This document shows, in pieces, positions 59,501 to 64,000 of a DNA stretch of 64,000 nucleotides. Position 1 is the first letter of the stretch, and each line of letters begins with the position of its first letter. A model generated the notes under the pieces. That model worked only from the letters and a program-made list of their open reading frames with translations, had not been told where the DNA came from and made no database searches. Source of the stretch: Fistulifera solaris. Lineage: Eukaryota. The stretch lies in contig AP026144.1 of the NCBI GenBank assembly GCA_030295235.1, forward strand, positions 124,001-188,000, given 5' to 3'. The position numbers were made by a program, and so were the translations under genes.

Positions 59501-60228
59501 GTGTGTTGGCAAGTATTTTGAAGTTGCTTGGTCCTCAACAGCATCTTCACGGCTCGTCTGGTGACCGATGTTTGAAACTTGCAGCACTACGACTTTTGCG
59601 TTCAATCTTGTCCGTGAACGACGAATTTTATTTTCGGCACATCATACAACACGATCTATTCGCTCCTGTTTTCGAAGCATTTCGCTCCAACCCAGTGGGA
59701 GATAATCTCGTCTCTTCGGCAATCATCGAAATGTGTGATTTTATCCACACGGAAAACATCAAATCTCTTATCGAGTATATCGTGACACAGCATCTATCCC
59801 CTGCCGAATCGAAGAGTGAGGAACCCACTTTGGAGGATGTATCAAGTCCTTACGTTTCCACATTTACAGTTCTTCGTAAGGCTTACGAGTCGAATATGCG
59901 ACTCAAAATGGATGCGAGTGGGTTTACAGACGCTCGTAAGAGGCCCTCCACGGATCCAAGAGATCTCGGTACTGCGTCGCAAGGTGCGCATGGGGTCGGG
60001 TCGAACGAACGACAACTTACCGGAACGGCTCTCGAAGACCAACGCAAGTTTCAGCAGATGGATGAAGAGGAATCATATTTTGAGTCGGATGATGACAATG
60101 GAATTACTGACCGAGCTACTTCTGAAAGGAGCGATACCAGCAGCTCCAGAGTTTTCGAAGAAGATTTTCGAGCAAGAGATACCGTCAACAGCGGCTCGAT
60201 CATCGAGAGCAAAAATGACATTTGCTGA
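56587..60228 (+). CDS. PPP4R3: Protein phosphatase 4 regulatory subunit 3 (SMEK/Psy2)
   Basis: EVH1-like [70 protein letters not shown]. Confidence 0.93.
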   Translation: MSSQDQNLSQSDSLERRALESEAQTWSMVETATSEIGRTRNNPSIPFRMNLHQSKKRKRRIISSETTSGNSSSGSSSEDDIGDDEGSTAVEYKPRNAADTSSQGEVTEGEHKRITNNEAGTSGNDGSPISPHSSFPQPEGWRVKLYRLNADGSWDDCGTGRIVCLYRQQQKSSKSFAPGSDQWLYQETGEATLCVHAEVTKQNRQQRVLLRTRILLRDAYQRQGENIITWCEPYYGGDPNQQRNSANHQHGHGHHHSSPVSAENNAGVDLALSFQDNAGCLDIWRQITHVQHFAAELIRQQAQPDRVQDMAAQVAAEHHSNLHRQQQQELWAHLTDEHTNSVSEAEVHYNSLLEQALVQSLPSPPTLENLEDIADTIAALQHTQYAPQQREYLALWIANDDCSYLKQLIGLFPAAEAKGDYGKLATLAACVKTILLLNEPSILELVINVASIFEDICSCLEYDPDLREKANHRWFLQERAKFRTVVPMEDPELISAIHRAFRVNFLRDTLLRPTMDESALTTLSSLLTFTHADVVKGVMLSGSGKEVILKDSYLVRVIRLLAVEIYALAALDWMDLETHANGESKSALTVAPDDDFLVGDPSIVVGEVSLNTTSWKQYLAPQDRTPASRRLRKGGCLYFLRELFNMVRTSLQQCDKDNFFPAICTLPIALYEEREIPDNASQASQFVEVGSLASTIKSSGGTIDVEVPEGAQLDIPFPSTPVTLLSLLASVLSDPHADLSEKSCALEIVSGVTMHDPGLVRICCLEFYDEWINKGGSSIRPEANESKQLMLSNPPQDLLASLLVLLNIETDAGLLLQVTEVLRVILDTEITINKGSLGPGYADDAERMPAGSYQQNNLRERHNQSVAASISTDQKQFLSLFYEHYVSWLVAPFQFTILIPVRRVPEDVLLSPDESPLMQKILTAFKQDVNPGDHLLHTVPHCAIRSSFAVELLSFCVRAHQYRTKFFLLKSRVLASILKLLGPQQHLHGSSGDRCLKLAALRLLRSILSVNDEFYFRHIIQHDLFAPVFEAFRSNPVGDNLVSSAIIEMCDFIHTENIKSLIEYIVTQHLSPAESKSEEPTLEDVSSPYVSTFTVLRKAYESNMRLKMDASGFTDARKRPSTDPRDLGTASQGAHGVGSNERQLTGTALEDQRKFQQMDEEESYFESDDDNGITDRATSERSDTSSSRVFEEDFRARDTVNSGSIIESKNDIC

Positions 60229-60559
60229 TCCCAAATTTTTTGAGTGTTCCAGCGAAAAGGAGCAGTGAAGACAAAGTAGTGGTCGTACAAGCTAGAATGT
60301 ATCTGTGTTTGGCAAACAAGTGTGATTTAAAAAAGATACTGGAGGGGATCTCTCTAGTAGTTTTGATTCAAGCCTTCATTGTTTTCAAAAGCTAATAACT
60401 GGCCATTCGTCCGAGACGTCCGAATCGATAATGGAAAATTGCCCAAGAAAAGAATTTGAATAGTTGTCATTTTATGGTGCTTTCGTTCCCGCCATCGTTT
60501 GAGGTTCGTCGAAAGAACAACGTTGACTCCTCTACTCTAGCAATGAGTTATTTATTCTT

Positions 60560-60577
60560 ATACGGAGTACTCCGTAT
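60560..60577. other. Perfect 18-bp palindrome atacggagtactccgtat
   Basis: Read directly from the sequence; its half-site TACGGAGTA recurs in other intergenic spacers. Confidence 0.8.
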
Positions 60578-60936
60578 CTCGTTGTTGGCTAGCAACCTAG
60601 CGCACTACCGTTGAACCTTTGTTTCTGGTAACTCCGCTTACTTTGCTTCCGTACCCCGCACCGCACCCAGCAACCCGCCCTTTCCGACTGACATTCGTAT
60701 TGTATTCAGGAATGACCTGTCCAGTACCAGTTCGACACTATTAGCATAAAGTTTCCTGAACAAGAGTCATCGGTCATAATTATTTTTGGACTGGCCTTAT
60801 TTCGATTTCCACTTCGTTTCCGTGCCTGTGAGATGGGAGGTCGTAAGTCAGAAGTCAGAAGCGTTGCAGATGATTGAAAGCAAAACACCATCGAAAGCTG
60901 CTAAAGAATCTTTGCCCTTGAGTTATTTATTTCATT

Positions 60937-61662
60937 ATGCATCCGTTAAATACAACCTTAGAAGATTTGCCGCATGAACAAAATAAACCGAAGCGCCGGT
61001 CATCGCTTGATAACTCTTTGCTGGCACCTGGAAGGTCTTCGCGACTTCTTACGCATGCTGATGATGAAGACGGTAACCGACCGCGACGACTAAGCTTAGA
61101 CCATCACACAAGAATAACTATTACTTTCCTAGCCAGTGGTCATTTAAAGCGAACGCATGGTGACCTCGACATGGATTACCATAAATCTGATCATGGGCCT
61201 CAGCAGGGAGATGCAAAGAAGCTTTCATCTACTGGCACCACCGAAGAGCTATCGGATGGAGAATCAACGATAAGTTACGACGATTGCGATTCATTTTGTG
61301 ACGCTTCCGTACAGCAAGAGGCAGATAAGGATTACCTACGAAAAGACCTTGGCGCAAGCTGTGTATGGGACGATGTCACGATTAACACAGGTCTAGTAGA
61401 AGAGCTTGAGGAAATGAGCCTCGATTCTGTTCCAGAGGATCTTTGCGAGGTAGATGAAGAAGACGAAGAAGACGATGGAAAGAAAAGGCCACCTACTGCA
61501 GAGTCAGATTCAACTAATCCAGAACAGGGTACGGTCGGTGTGTTGAAGAGAGCGAAGAGGAGGAGCTTCACCAAGAGAATACCCCGTATCCTGTTCCGGA
61601 GTAAATCCCCTAAAGTGAATATTCGGAGAAAAGCAGCCGCGCAAGTGCAAGAACAACCCTAA
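60937..61662 (+). CDS. Hypothetical acidic, largely disordered protein
   Basis: Intact 241-aa ORF with coding-like composition and RRSSLD/RRLSLD motifs; no recognisable domain. Confidence 0.6.
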   Translation: MHPLNTTLEDLPHEQNKPKRRSSLDNSLLAPGRSSRLLTHADDEDGNRPRRLSLDHHTRITITFLASGHLKRTHGDLDMDYHKSDHGPQQGDAKKLSSTGTTEELSDGESTISYDDCDSFCDASVQQEADKDYLRKDLGASCVWDDVTINTGLVEELEEMSLDSVPEDLCEVDEEDEEDDGKKRPPTAESDSTNPEQGTVGVLKRAKRRSFTKRIPRILFRSKSPKVNIRRKAAAQVQEQP

Positions 61663-62302
61663 CTGCACGTTGTATCACCTTTACGCTATGGATCAGATCA
61701 CATTGCCGTACTCACGACAAGGATTCACTAGTTAAAGCGATCACATGACACAGATGAACACTCTGCTACACTTATCAAGACATATATATTTGCTATAGCC
61801 ACTGGTAAAGGTAGATGATGGTCAAGGTCTCTATTAGGGTAGAAAATGGCCAATCGTGTAGTCTTGCCTTCAGCGACGTCAGGATATTCCCCTCACGTCC
61901 GCACTCACAATGGGACCGATCTAGCACGATTAACCAATCCTTTCCACATCATTCAAGCTGTAGTATCTGTTAGAGATAACCAAAGGTATATTGATGTTGA
62001 GCATAGATGTTTTGGATGCGTGGACGACTTTTACATGCGTTATAGCCGAAACTAAGCCAGCAGAACATCAGGACCCGGATATTTGGAAAATGCAATCGAC
62101 AATCGAAGCATAATTCTAGAGCGGTACTAAGTACACTTTTTGTATACGGAGTACATGTTTTCGATAGATCACACCGCGTTGACGAGATGCACGATACATG
62201 ATACATGAGGCACTTCGAGTTGAAGGGAAAGCCAGCTAACGTTGTTCTTCATCGTTGAATGATCTAAAACACGCCATTCACTCGTTGATTGCCTAGTTGA
62301 AC

Positions 62303-62838
62303 ATGTCGAAACGCCTATTGAAGGTATGTGCGGGTTGTGGAGGACAAAAATGTTGAACCGCCTCGAGCGTGTCTGATTGCGTTACCTTGGTTCCTTTCTC
62401 CCCTTGTTGCAGGAACGCCAAAAACTTGAGCAGACTCCGTTGAGCTACGTCAAGAACATTGATTTAGTGGGAGACGATTTATTCGTTTGGGATGTTACTC
62501 TGAACGGCCCTCCGGATTCGCCATATCATGGGGGTAACTTCATTTTGCGCTTGGAGTTCCCCACTCAGTACCCTTTCAAGGCGCCGGTCCTCAAATTTCA
62601 AACGCCAATTTATCATCCTTCGGTTTTGAAACAGACGGGTGAAGTATGCGGTGCTGTCCTGGGCCAATGGGGTCCTACCTTGACCGCTGAACACTGCTTG
62701 CTGACAGTCTACAGCCTTCTTCAAGACCCTCAGCCAGATCATCCTCTGGAGGAAGATATTGCACAGCAGTTGGCGACTAATCGTAAAGAGTTTGAAAAAA
62801 TTGCAAAAAAGATGACGAAAGAGCACGCGATGAAATAG
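62303..62838 (+). CDS. Ubiquitin-conjugating enzyme E2; intron 62324-62412
   Basis: MSKRLLK|ERQK spliced at GTATGT..TTGCAG; GPPDSPYHGG, FPTQYPFKAP, IYHPSV..GEVC (catalytic Cys), W.P, PDHPL. Confidence 0.93.
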
Positions 62839-63657
62839 GTCTAAAAAGGAGACGTTTTCTACGAAAATTTTGACCGACGAGGTCGCGCCTAAGACATCAT
62901 GCGTACCTTAAACTTATTTGGTTATTAAGTTTTCTCATTGATTTCAAATTGATATTTACTGTTCAATTAAACGAAAATTTGGATGTGGCGTATTTGAGCT
63001 CGTCAAGGGCTTCGAAACATGTCACATTCGCTCAACAACGACGTACTCATCCACCAGTAGCTTGGTATCCGACTGCATCGTAGCTATTGCCCAAGCCACT
63101 CTTAGCATCGCCAGTACCACGATAGAACATCGTTTGGTTTTCAGCTGAATCAAAGCATGATTTGCACAGTTAGTTACAAAATTAAGAAAAAAATCATGAC
63201 ACACACTCGTCAATTCATATCATTTTTCTTGGCAATGTGACGGTCTACAATATTCGATAGATTCGACAGTTACCACTACAAGCACTGCTCTTTTAGGATA
63301 GGGAGAATCAATAGGTACAGACAATGAGAAATAAAATCATCATCACCTAGTAAATACACATAAGGGACCAAGATCTGACAAGATCGGAACGAATAATAAC
63401 GAAAACCTAACCCTATTGTTTTTTGGCTTTCGCATCTATTTACTCATAGCTAAAACTACAGTTCTTTCTAAGTGGGCCGATGATATTGGCAAAATTGTAT
63501 ACTCGACTACTTAATCATTTAGTGTTCTTTTCGAAGCCTCGCAAATAAAAGATCACGCTGATAGTATTACTCGATCCGGTACTGGATTTCCATTGTAATC
63601 ATTCATTTAGAGGACTCAACGCACAAGAAAGCCTTCGCTCACATTTTTAGTGAGTCG

Positions 63658-64000
63658 CTAATTCATTTTCAGCGGAAGGAGAAAACAACCAAACTCGGAT
63701 GCACCTATTCGAAGTAAAAGTAACTGCAACCCATTGAATCCAATATTCGACGGGGAGAGATTGCGACCATTGAAAGTGACACACACTGCAGTTAGAAACA
63801 TATAACCATCGTTGCTCTGACTATTCGCATCCAGAATCTGTCTCTTGAATCGATTGTCTACCACAAACAAAGGTAGACAGTCAAAGAAAGATTTAAAAAT
63901 CGCCTCTCCGCTCAGTTATATCTTGCAGGCAGCAATGGGTCAATGCTCAACGCTGCCTGCGGAGACTCGTCATTCTCCGTCTGGTCACGTTGCCCAACCC
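63658..64000 (-). CDS. Probable 3' end of a gene entering from the right edge
   Basis: Open coding-like frames from 64000 to about 63915 and from 63915 to the stop at 63658, implying one indel; product unrecognised. Confidence 0.35.

Overview
Gene-dense, intron-poor eukaryotic nuclear DNA that reads as a pennate diatom: short GT-AG introns, bipartite signal peptides with Phe/Trp at +1, and diatom-type LRR and kinase families. A Fistulifera-like genome is my inference and cannot be proven from this window. There are about 27 protein genes, including BUB1, TTI1, PPP4R3/SMEK, JMJD7, CAX, a SohB/SppA protease, a PrsW protease, DnaJ and an E2, plus a decayed H-NOX guanylyl cyclase. Many genes carry isolated 1-bp indels in homopolymers, best explained as assembly error. 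Most interesting: (1) a predicted plastid-targeted, disordered repeat protein (19880-22078) with 12 copies of an SPFG(K/R)(K/R)M(A/G)DGK..YL motif and three TGACGT (CCRE-type) elements upstream, a candidate new pyrenoid/Rubisco phase-separation linker; (2) two promoter regions, each upstream of a member of the same orphan gene family, packed with unrelated 7(-8)-bp tandem duplications, implying a length-specific mutational or insertional mechanism; (3) a linked set of non-coding elements: a 386-bp MITE-like element whose terminal repeat also heads each unit of a 218-bp satellite, and two unrelated tandem arrays followed by the same GCGAAGC mini-hairpin plus GGTCCACCAGCATGG module. No rRNA, tRNA or CRISPR array was found.
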